Source of the DNA: Asterias rubens
Taxonomy: Eukaryota
Length of the DNA stretch: 64,000 nucleotides
Direction of reading: 5' to 3'
Assembly: GCF_902459465.1 (NCBI RefSeq)
Contig: NC_047066.1
Coordinates: forward strand, 19,344,001-19,408,000
Part shown: positions 12,240 to 22,900 of the stretch, in pieces
Numbering within the stretch: position 1 is the first letter of the stretch
How the letters are laid out: every line of letters starts with the position of its first letter
Translations under genes and position numbers: made by a program
The notes under the pieces: generated by a model
What the model saw: the letters and a program-made list of their open reading frames with translations, nothing else
What the model was told of the DNA's origin: nothing
Databases searched by the model: none

Positions 12240-13477
12240 AATATATAATACATAATTGGAACACACAATCTGAGAAACATGTCCGACAGTAAAGCTTCTC
12301 AGATTCAAATTTTTGGGATGGAGACTTGTCTTTTTCCCCTTCCATAACCACATTACTTTGCTAGTAAATACTGCCATTCATTTTAAGAGTGGTACCAAAC
12401 GTAAACCTTCCTTTACAACCCACAGTACTGTTGCTGGCAAGTACTTACACTTTGATATAATTCTATGCATGTATTTCAAGTCTATGTGTAACACTAAGAG
12501 TCCCAAAACCTAAACGTATTATCCAAATAAGTAACAGGGTTTGCCTATCGAAAGCAAGGGCACTTCAATTGGAAACCTTAAAGGTTTTAGGAAACTTTTG
12601 AAGGGGCACCAAGGCCAAGACAGGGGCAATGAAGGCCATGGCCTCTGTGTATTCTAGGCTGTCATTGCTGTGCAGTTGTTGCAATAGTTCAAATTGGTCC
12701 CGACAATGAAACGAACGATAAATAAAAGTTAATAATTACACTCCAAAAACTCTTAATGTCTTTGGCTTTTTCTTTAACCCATTCTGCAATTCAATGCATA
12801 AGACTGGCTATTTTGATGAATTTTACAGGTAAAATTTAAGACTTGGAATGAGGCCAATTTCATTTAGTCTGGTCCCCTTGTTAGTTACCCAACATGGCCA
12901 TTATTGGCAGATGCAACTCTTAAGGTAGTTTCCAAAAATAGGCTTGAGTTCCTACTCCGGCATCATCATTATTTTAGAGAATTGCACTGTGCTGCAACAT
13001 CAAACAGGTTTTGTATGGTGGAGCAACTGTGCACAGAATGACTAGTGCACTGTTTACATGCAATATGTACATCACATAGCAGGCTGCATAAATGCCTGTA
13101 TCAATTCATCATTCAAAACCATGTGGATGACATTGACCAATCAGACAGTAGGAGGGTATATCTTTCCCAATAACTGCCCAATCAAGTAGCTGGGTTGACT
13201 GGTATGCAAAGTACCATCTGTACAGTCTAAAGCATCATGTAAACAAAGGCAACAAAACTATAGTCAGTTTACAGCTATGGTTTAAAGCTGCCAACAACCT
13301 TGCTAAACTTCAACAGTCGGCCATTTTGTTTTACTGACAATGCATTGGTTCAAGCCCTCTTGATGGTTTGGGCAATCAAGGTCATATTAACAGGCATTGT
13401 TCATGATCCAAGTGGACTGTAGAAGAATGCAGAGTTGAGTTTACTGGATAAAAATATAAATACAGCTTGAAACTTGA

Positions 13478-16400
13478 TCAACTTGAGGAGTCGTCTGTGT
13501 GAAGGCGGGGCTGCTTGGCTGGAGGTTCGTCATCATCAACAGGCTGAAATACATAAAACAAATTGAAGTTGTTTCCTTTGTATACACATGCCCACTGCTG
13601 AAATACATAAAACAAATTGAAGTTGTTTCCTTTGTATACACATGCCCACTGCTGAAATACATAAAACAAATTGAAGTTGTTTCCTTTGTATACACATGCC
13701 CACTGCTGAAATACATAAAACAAATTGAAGTTGTTTCCTTTGTATACACATGCCCACTTTGAAGTATACCTTTGGTTTTTTGATCGATTGCTTCAAAGTT
13801 CAATCCTATATAAATATAGATATATACAATAAAGCTAACCTGTGAAAATTTAATTTTTCAAACGTGGTGGTGTTTCTAAGATATCACCGAAAAAACTGGA
13901 GCAGTTATGTCCACGCAGAAAGAATAAACTGTTTTTGGAATACTGTTAATGGAATACACAATCTGTGTAACGTATCTGACGGCAATATTTCTCAGATTCA
14001 AAATTTAGGCGATAACGACCTATATGTTTTTCCATTTCCTCCATATTACTTTGAAGTGAACTGATTCTCAAAATGCTTTATACTATCAAAAGCTGCTGTT
14101 CTTCTAACCTGGTAACTTTTCTATTGCCATTAATTTTAAGAGTGATTACCTAATGTATACCTTTCCGAGTTCTGGAGTTCTTCCAAGAACTGGAGTTCTT
14201 TCGAAGAATTTTTGCGCAACTAACCAGTCTTACCTTTTGAGAACTTGGTCGAGCTGATTTGGTGTTTCTGTCGTCCTGCTGCTCGGCGGTTGGTTCAGAG
14301 GATTGTGCAAGAGACTGGCTGGGTGCCTCATCTTTCTTTAAATTGCCGAAGTTTCGGGGCCCGTCATCTGCAACTGGGAGATAAAAGGACAAGGAAATGT
14401 TTTTTAAAGCAATTTTGTTAAGCATAAAAAGTAGCTCAGCACAACAAAATTATGCTTACCAGCCAAAATGACATTTCTCAAGTACAATATGTGACTGGTA
14501 TCCTGCTAATTGTTGCTTAGCAAAAACCTTTTAAAGCAATATTTTCTGCTTAAGCAGCTCTATGAAATCAGGCTCTGGTATTGGTTCTGTGGTCATCTTT
14601 GGTGGAATGAATGGAAGGAGTTAATACATGTACAGTGTATGGACTGAGGAAGTCTAAAACTTCCTGGTCTTCACATTATACCTTGTTTACCGGAGTTCTC
14701 TGATGATTTCCGTCTGTCTTGTACATGTTGTATGGAATCATTTGTTGCCGAAGCACCACGACTGCTATCTCCTGGAAAATGCAAATGACATTTGTTTGTG
14801 TTAAAGGCAGTGGACACTATTGGTAATTGTCAAAGACGGACCTTCACAGTTGGTGAATCTCAACATATGCATAAAATAACAAACCTGTAAAAAATTGAGC
14901 TCAATCGGTCATCGAACTTGCGAGATAATAATGAAAGAAAAAAACACCCTTGTCACACGAAGTTGTGTGCTTTCTGACGCTTGATTTCGAGACCTCAAAT
15001 TCTAAACTTGAGGTCTCAAAATCAAATTCGTGGAAAATTACTTCTTTCTCGAAAACTACGTCACTTCAGAGGGAGCTGTTTCTCACAATGTTTTATACCA
15101 TCTATCTCTCCCCATTACTTGTAATCAAGAAAGATTTTATGATGATTCGGTCCATTTGGTTGGTAAGTTGTTTGCAACAGCTAATTCTATTTTCTTAGAA
15201 TTAAATGGTTAACCCTAAACACTCCACCTTGTGTATTTACTGGACCGGAATTTTCATGTACAAGAATAGAATTTAAGTAAGAAGAAAAAAGGGTTAATAA
15301 TTGAACTGTTTGAATTTGAAAAAAGCACAAAAAGAAGATTGATCCTATTTGTCTACCTATGAGTAGATAGTCTTTGATAATCGACAGAAAGACTGAAATT
15401 CAAACGTTTTAAAACGAAAACACAAGACTGCCGCACTTGTCCAGTCAAGGGTTTACTGGTCAATGCTAAAATCACTGGCCTCAGGCTAGCCACAGAATGT
15501 CTGAGAGTAAAATGTTTTTAAACACAAACACAAGACTGCCGGACTTGTCCAGTCAAGGGTTTACTGGTCAATGCTAAAATCACTGGCCTCAGGCTAGCCA
15601 TGAATTCAAGCCATGAATTGAGCTTATTTCTTGGTTCAGAAACATAGAATACACATGGGGTCTAGATGTGCTTTGATCTACCTTCACTCATTCCTGTTGT
15701 GCTGCTCCTATCGTCATTGTCACTACTGTAGGTAGAATCCATGGTTGAATCGTCATTGCCCATGTTGGAATCATCATTACTCAATGCAGATGACGGAGCT
15801 GGTGGAAACATAAAATATTTATGGATCACATAAAAACACAACATATTACAGTCATAAATTTAACATCTATTATATTACAGTCAACCCTCGTTATAAAGAG
15901 AACTGTTAGCATGCAGTCAGAGCATAGTGATTGAAACATTGCCTTGTTTGTACTTATCCAGCTCTCTTCAGAACCACCCTAACTCACACAAAGATATTTA
16001 ATGTAGTGTTACTGCAACCAGGGCCCAATTTCATGGCTCTGCTTACCGCCGAATTCTGCGCTTACGATCGCGATTCTCCGCTTACGTGCAAGCGCCGGAT
16101 TTCTGCGCTAGCCTTATAAGCGTAGAATGCCTAGTAACGTGAAGTACGCACGCGCAGAAGCCCAAATTCGTCGCTAACCCGTGAAATACGCTTGCCGTAA
16201 GCACAGAATTCCCTGCTTCCGTAAGCGCCGATTCTGTGCTTACGGTAAGCAGAGCCATAAAATTGGGCCCAGATCACCAGGCCTGATACTTCACAGAGGC
16301 GACAAAGGTGATTGCCTCCATGCCCCCCCCCCCCCCACCCCGGTCATTGCCTTGGTGCCCTTGAAATGCTCCTGTAGTAGAACTTTACAATTTCCTCATA

Positions 16401-18367
16401 GGGTGCCCTTTACCAAGGAGAAAATGCCCTGGTGTCCTTGCCCTTTCAAAACACGAAGCATACAGGCCTTTAGGAGATTTAGCTAGCACGGTTAATTCGT
16501 TGTACTTACTCAGCCTGGCATCTTCAATGAGGGCAGTAACATCTCTATGCCTCAGGGGTCCAGAACTAGACTGTCTTGAATCACTTTGTCCTTGTGAACT
16601 CTCTTTCTGTGATTCTGTGCAGAAAATGCAAAATGTAGTAAAAACAATGTCAATATGTTTTTAAGTAACCTGGGCCCAATTTCATAAAGCTGTTAGGCAG
16701 AAAAAACAGCTTAGCAAGTTTCTTTGCTTAGTAAAAATTGAGTAGGTTCCCAGTTGCAACAAGGTAAACATTATAGAACTTTGGCTGGTACCTTGTTTCT
16801 GCTATAAAGCAGGATTAATCTGCGCTTAGTTGATTACTACGCATAGTTAATAAATAAATATCATTTTCATTGTGTCAGTTCAATAACATTTAATGACTGC
16901 CAAATTTGAAAGTGCATATGTTTCAGGCCTGATACGCTTTGGAGGCGACGAAAGCAATTGCTTCCATGCCTCCATGCCTTGGTGCCCTTGAAATGCTCTT
17001 ACAATTTTACAATTTCCTCATAGGGTAGCCTTACCAAGGAGAAAATGCCTTGGTGTCCTTGCCCTTACAGAAACGAGCACACAGGCCTAATGTTGTGAAT
17101 TGCTAAAACCATGAAAACTAGGTCGGGTGTACACACAAAAACAAAAACTCTGGTGCGTCGAACGACTCTCTCGTGCAAGATATGAAGCGTACCACAAATT
17201 AAAAATATGTTTTTGCACAGATGCGACGATATAATGTCAGGATTTGAAGCTCTTACCATCTGTCTCCTTGCGTTTACTAAGATCTGTCATATCTGACCCC
17301 ATGCCGTCAGGGTGATTTTCCTTATTAGAATCAGCTGACTCTTCTCCTTTCTTGTCTTCTTCTTCTTTATCCTTCCCTTTGACTTCAACAACTGGAACCC
17401 ATTTGAAGATCTTCAATGAAGTGTCGCCAATTGTAACCCATTTTTTCTCCCTAAGAACATAACCAAATCAAAATTTAATATTTTGAGCCATCCTGTTTTA
17501 AAAATCCCTCCAATTAGATGGTTTCTTAACATTGTCATTTAGATTGGAAAACTGGCTGTATCCCACCACCACTTTTACACTAATTTATTACATACTAAGC
17601 ATATTTGAGCAAATTACAGATACTATTTTAGGATAACTTTCCGTATGGCACCACAATTTTTTCACTCATTTTTACAAAAAGGGGTATCTCATTGAGGTAA
17701 ATTAGATACTATATTATATATTATTTCATATCGAATGAAAAAGTAGTGGTGCCATACGGAAATTTTTCCCTATTTTATTTCATATTAAATCTTTAATAAT
17801 AATATGGAAAAGTGGTGGCAGGATATGGGAAATTTTCCTTTAGATTTTAGCAAGTTTCTTGAAAAGCACTGAAGAATAATTCAGCTGAAATAGTCGATAC
17901 AGTAACATTGAATTTGAGATGTTTTGCTTTGTTGACTGGTGTTGAATTTTTGATTTGTCACGTTTGTGCAAACTAAATAGACGTTCCATTCAACGTTCAT
18001 TAATTTAAAATTAAATCATTCATCAACAAACGATAATGTCGGTAGCTGAGTGAGTGTGAGAGAGTTTTGCTGTTGCCGGCTTGGTACTATAGTCCCCTAT
18101 TGGAGTTTCCCGAGCTCCCTTGATGGAATCATCTAAACACACATAAACAATGATCAACATTTTGATGAACCAATACTGTAGAGGGCGCTATTTCAATTTA
18201 ACAACACTCATTTTTGGCATATAAAAATAGCGTGTACAAAAACAACGGAATGTTTGTGGTCATGCTTACCATTTCCGGACTTTATCAATGGCTTGCATAA
18301 CACGTTTAATTTCATCCTTAGCACGACTTCGAGTTTCGGCTCGAGCAGACCGAGATGATCCCATCAT
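13478..18367 (-). CDS. BCL7: BCL7 family protein (SWI/SNF-BAF subunit), 7 exons, ~266 aa
   Basis: Exons (minus) 18367-18270, 17450-17257, 16614-16510, 15798-15682, 14771-14691 (alternative donor 14682), 14373-14234, 13543-13478(TGA). The N-terminus [53 protein letters not shown] is the diagnostic BCL7 domain; the C-terminal EPPAKQPRL resembles the vertebrate VPPSKKMKL. Low-complexity middle exons are phase-consistent. Confidence 0.93.
13544..13758. repeat. 54-bp tandem repeat x4 covering the last BCL7 splice acceptor
   Basis: Unit CTGAAATACATAAAACAAATTGAAGTTGTTTCCTTTGTATACACATGCCCACTG starts at 13544, 13598, 13652 and 13706; essentially identical copies, no spacers. Confidence 0.97.
14805..15165. 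mobile_element. MITE family A, 3'-truncated
   Basis: TTAA + AGGCAGTGGACACTATTGGTAATT; internal sequence colinear with 1286-1663; right TIR missing. Confidence 0.85.
15416..15601. repeat. ~75-bp direct repeat pair in a BCL7 intron
   Basis: CACAAGACTGCCG(C/G)ACTTGTCCAGTCAAGGGTTTACTGGTCAATGCTAAAATCACTGGCCTCAGGCTAGCCA occurs twice ~110 bp apart; related fragment near 21200. Confidence 0.85.
16022..16269. mobile_element. PIF/Harbinger-like MITE
   Basis: TIR GGCCCAATTTCATGGCTCTGCTTACCG / CGGTAAGCAGAGCCATAAAATTGGGCC; CAG TSD. Partial relatives at ~2690-2800, 11100-11203, 14395-14575 and 16672-16830. Confidence 0.82.
17629..17772. mobile_element. Small palindromic MITE (family E), copy 1
   Basis: TAGGATAACTTTCCGTATGGCACCAC ... 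GTGGTGCCATACGGAAATTTTTCCCTA. Confidence 0.8.
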
Positions 18368-18369
18368 TT

Positions 18370-18920
18370 TGGCAAAATAAGTAAAATAAAATCTTTTTGA
18401 TAGACAAAAGATACACAGCTAGCTGAACGATGGTGACTAAACATGCACAATATTGTCATTTGCTGGGTCTTTTCTAAGACCAGTTACCTAACTTATATGC
18501 ACTACTCTAGGGGTTGTGTACCAGTCTACATGAACTGCACGTTTGAAGTATACAGCAGAGTGATGGGATCGTCCATTATGTAGTAGGAACATTCTAGGAA
18601 AACAAGTTTCATTTTAAAAAGTTTTATAGCTGCTGTGAAAGATTAACGTAACAAAATAAGTAAGATTTTCTTTTTTTGCACTTAAAGTAGTATCTTTACT
18701 ATAAATTGGCAATATAAATTCTTAAAAATATATTTTAAAATATTTCCTCTTCCCAGTCTTTACATTTTCCCCCTTGTAACAATAATGAAACGTTCTTTAT
18801 TAATTAGGAGATCTGAATAATTATTTATTGTCGTACATTTCATGTTTTGAGCGCGGAATATTGGATTTTCAACAACCCAACTTTTGCTGCTGAGCGCAAA
18901 TGTCAGATTCTGTGGTAAGC
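18370..18920. promoter_or_regulatory. Shared promoter region of head-to-head BCL7 and SLF1; likely non-coding SLF1 exon 1 ending ~18915
   Basis: BCL7 ATG at 18367 (-). The SLF1 ATG exon is preceded by a 3' splice site (19930), and a donor-like TGTG|GTAAGC lies at ~18915. Confidence 0.45.
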
Positions 18921-19644
18921 CGTAAATTTAAAAATGACTTACATTTTACATAATATTTAATTTTAGTTTATCCCCCATAGTTTCTTCTTCTTTTGTTTGG
19001 ACACCCATCTTATTCTTAATCTAACTAAACGTAAACAGCAGAGCCAGAGCAAGTAATCAACATCTCCCCTGTCTACGTCTGCTGCTGTTGTTTTTTGTTG
19101 TGTGTTAAAAATTGTGGGTGAGGTGAGATCTTCCTCCAATCCCATGGTGAGATCCAGTCCAGCGCCATAAATGAGTATTGACAATTGAGGGTTACGTTAT
19201 CGCAACTAAAACTAGCAAAGCAACGTAGAGTAGAGTAAGTGGTGCTCTGCAGTAATATTTACAGGTCACCTTTGTTGCCTCCATGCCCTCTTCGACACGA
19301 AGTTCGTGTCCTTGAAATGCTCCAGTCCAGCACAGTAGGCCTACTGGTAGAAATTTTCACGTTCCTCATAGTCATACAGGTTATAGGTTGCCCTTATACA
19401 AAGGAGAAAATGCCTTGGTGCCTTTGCCCTTGCCCTTTCAAAAACAAAGCATACTTGTACAATAATAATAATAAAAATGCATTTATAAATTAATGCGCCA
19501 TATTATATATCTATCTAGTGTACAAGACCCTATTCCGAGGCGCAGAACAACAAGAAATGTAGAACATTATAAATAATAATAAAAAAAAAAATGATACAAT
19601 GAATAATCTACAAGCCTGGATATGCATCAAGTTATTCATGTTAT

Positions 19645-19786
19645 TAGGATAACTTTCCGTATGGCGGATGGCGCCACCACTTTTTCACTCATTTTTAGAA
19701 AAAGGGATATCTCATTGAGGTAAATTAGATACTATATTATTTCATATCGAATGAAAAAGTGGTGGCGCCATACGGAAACTTTTCCA
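19645..19786. mobile_element. Small palindromic MITE (family E), copy 2
   Basis: Near-identical to 17629-17772, same orientation. Confidence 0.8.
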
Positions 19787-19812
19787 GTTATAAAACTCTC
19801 GCCCACAACAAA

Positions 19813-19942
19813 AATGTTTACTGATCCTTCATGCATCCTTGTTTTTGTTTCTACTGTACTCACAGTGAAACGGTTCCAATGTTTACTGATCCTTCATGCA
19901 TCCTTGTTTTTGTTTCTACTGTACTCACAGTGATACGGTTCC
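19813..19942 (+). repeat. 65-bp direct tandem duplication containing the SLF1 3' splice site
   Basis: AATGTTTACTGATCC...CTCACAGTGA(A/T)ACGGTTCC at 19813-19877 and 19878-19942, one mismatch. Confidence 0.95.
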
Positions 19943-19945
19943 AAG

Positions 19946-22900
19946 ATGAAGCAACAGCAGCTTTCTGTGCGACGCAAGTCAGATCGTCAACAATCCTCTC
20001 AATATAGTTTCCTACTCTCTGGATTTAGCGATCATGAAAAGACAACACTTGCCCGACAGATCATTCGACTTGGTGGAAAGTACCTTGATTGCAAGGTTAG
20101 TCTCAGCAGGCCTGGAAAAGACCGATCCATTAAGCTCCGCCCCATTGCGTATTGACCAATCGCAATTTCGTGGAGCTGTTTATTATTAAAAGATCTATAG
20201 ATATGTTTGTTTTGCATCGATCGGGATAACTGTTTACTACCCTTACACTAATGTGTATTCAGCACTGCTTACTCAGTACTTTCCTGTGTTTATTTTATAT
20301 AATTTGTGATATTTATTGGCAGGAATTTTCACCAGAGTGCACCCATGTTGTCTGCATCCGACCAATGAGAAGTGAGAAGTTCCTATGTGGATGTGCATCA
20401 GGTAAGATAATAGCTTTCTTTCTTACTTTATTTTCACAATTTGTATAACTAGTTGTTAGGCCTATGAATCGCATTTTACAATAATGTATCAAATCTTTAC
20501 ATTTGTGCACTGATTATTGACCCAGTAACATTCCTGTAATCTTTCTCAGCTCCCTGGGAAGTATACAGCCCTGGGCTGCCATGGCACTCCAAAGGATGTT
20601 TTCAAACAAAACATCAACCTCTAACCTCGCAGGCGACTATGTTTACCCCGAGGTGAAGAGGAGTGCTTTTATAATGAAATGTCTTGCTCAAGGACACAAG
20701 TGTCTTTACCAGGGTTTGAGAGAAGATAACTTTATTCATACAAATAGCAAGAATGCCTTGGCGATTTGAGTTGAACTTTTTTGTTGGTTTTTATTCAGGG
20801 AGATGGGTCGTTTCTCCTGATTTCATCCATGAAAGCACAGCGGCAGGTTGCTGGTTAGAAGAAGCCAGCTACGTGTGGGACAATGAGACTTCTGAGGATA
20901 GTAACGTTAGCATCACTAGTGCATCTATGGTGAACGCCCCAAAGCGATGGCGAGAACACCTAGAAATAAAGAATCAGCGAGCTTTTGATGGATGGAATGT
21001 CGCTATACTTGTGACTAACACCAAGAACAGACCTGCTGTTTACAGAAGGTACATTTTTCTACACCTTCTTTCATCATTACTCATTATAACTGAAAGACAT
21101 TCTGGGGCTCTAAGTCATTTGAACATTTGTTTGTATTATTACACAGTGAAAAGTTGTTATTCAATTGAATAAAAAACAGCCAGCCAGACATGTTAAGTTA
21201 CAGGTTTACTGGTTCGACACTAAAATCACTATAGGCCTGTGGTCCAGTGTAAAATTCGTACCCTGACAATTTATATAGAAGGCTTAGGTCTGAGATGGTA
21301 TTTGAAACACAGGCCCTTTTTCGATATGACGGCTTCGGCTTTGGATTTGGCTCAGGCTAGTTTGCCCCCCGCTGGTTGGTTTGACAATTTGCACATGCTT
21401 TGCGTATACATGGTCGGGGCTTCAGACAAGAGAAAGGAGCCTCAAGCCAAATCCAAAGCCGAAGCCGTGGTTTCGGAAAAGGGCCGTAGTCGCTTTTAAA
21501 AAAAAAGAGAAAAAAAACCCAACAAGGACAACCTGATTCCCCAAAAACAAGATGGTACATGATCAGCAAGTTTGTCTCTTCACCGTCTGTAGGTTGATAG
21601 AGTGTGGTGGAGGGAATGTTATCTCCTTACGGTCCTCCTCCAAGAACCTTGAAAGTCTCACCAAGACGCTTAATTACATCTTCATGGACAAGTGCTACCT
21701 GGAGAAAGTGCGCCCTCTGCTGGCTGAGGGGGTGCCATGTTTGGCCCCTGACTTCATCGCAGAGTATTTGTTTGAGGTATGTATCGCAAAATGCATTTTT
21801 TGATGTTTAAGCAGTCAGTATTTTCCTGCAAGGGGTTGTGGGGCTACAATTTTGAAGTATGATACATTTTTCTTCTACATAACACCATGCAATGGTAAGG
21901 TAATGTGATGCAATATGCAGCCAACCGATAAGTGCACTGGGTTCCTTTAATGGTAAAGTATCACAAGTGTCACAACTTGGACTTAAACCCACACTCTGCT
22001 GAACAGAAAGAAAAAAAAAACTTGAGTCCGGTAATCTTATCCGCTTGGCCACAACAGTAACACGCCATAAGAAAAGTGTGCTCCATGTATTAATCTCTCA
22101 TAGGAAGAAGTGAAAATACAAATGTTGGCTCTTGTCATGGCCAACTTTTTCTCCTAGAATGGATCAATCAATACTCAGAGATTAAAATGTTATAACTTTG
22201 TAAATTTTTCTTCTAGGAAAGCCCTGATTTAGAGAAGTATGACATCAGGACTTTTGAACCCAACCAAAGTAAGAGAGGCTCACTGGTTAACAGCCTTTCC
22301 AGCATAGCAGGGAGTTGTGCAAGCTCACCACTCAAAGGTAAGTCATTTGATCCTGGCCTTGGCTTCATTATTTGGTGGCATGTTTGTTTGTTTGTTTGTT
22401 TAGATGATCTTCCCATGAAGGGAACTCGGCAAACTACCACAAGGGGATACAAACACCAAGCTGGCAACAGCCAATCTCTCTCATACATACACTGGTATAA
22501 CGTCTATGATTATGAATTGCACAAATCAAGAAAATGTGATTCAGTAACTAGATGACAATATTTATTCTAGTCATTGTGAAAGTCAGCGGTTAGCTGAGGG
22601 ATCCTGGCAGAACGGATAAGAGCATTTGATTTGCAGACTGTAGGTTTGAGTCATGGTCGTGATATGCATTTAACCATTATTGCTGTGTTCTTCGAACTTG
22701 ACATCAAGCCGTAGGTTCTTGTGTTGTGAAAGAACCCAGTGCACTTATTGTAAAGAAAAGGGTTTTGCCCCTGTGTAAGGAAGGAATATTCATCTGAACT
22801 ACGTATCTTGTGACTTTTCACAGGGTGTTCCGTAAGCCTTGGTCCTTCTACACCGCGTATAACAACACCCCTTAGAACGTCTACCAACGCCGTGAAGCCA

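Noticed and set aside
13544-13758. CRISPR-like regular repeats
   Set aside because: Units are contiguous with no unique spacers, lie in a eukaryotic intron, and no cas genes are present.
14950-15212. ORF-track proteins such as 1443-1625, 14950-15198, 15030-15212, 23956-24201, 29918-30112, 35726-35914
   Set aside because: They are translations of the same non-autonomous MITE family A, with no transposase motifs.
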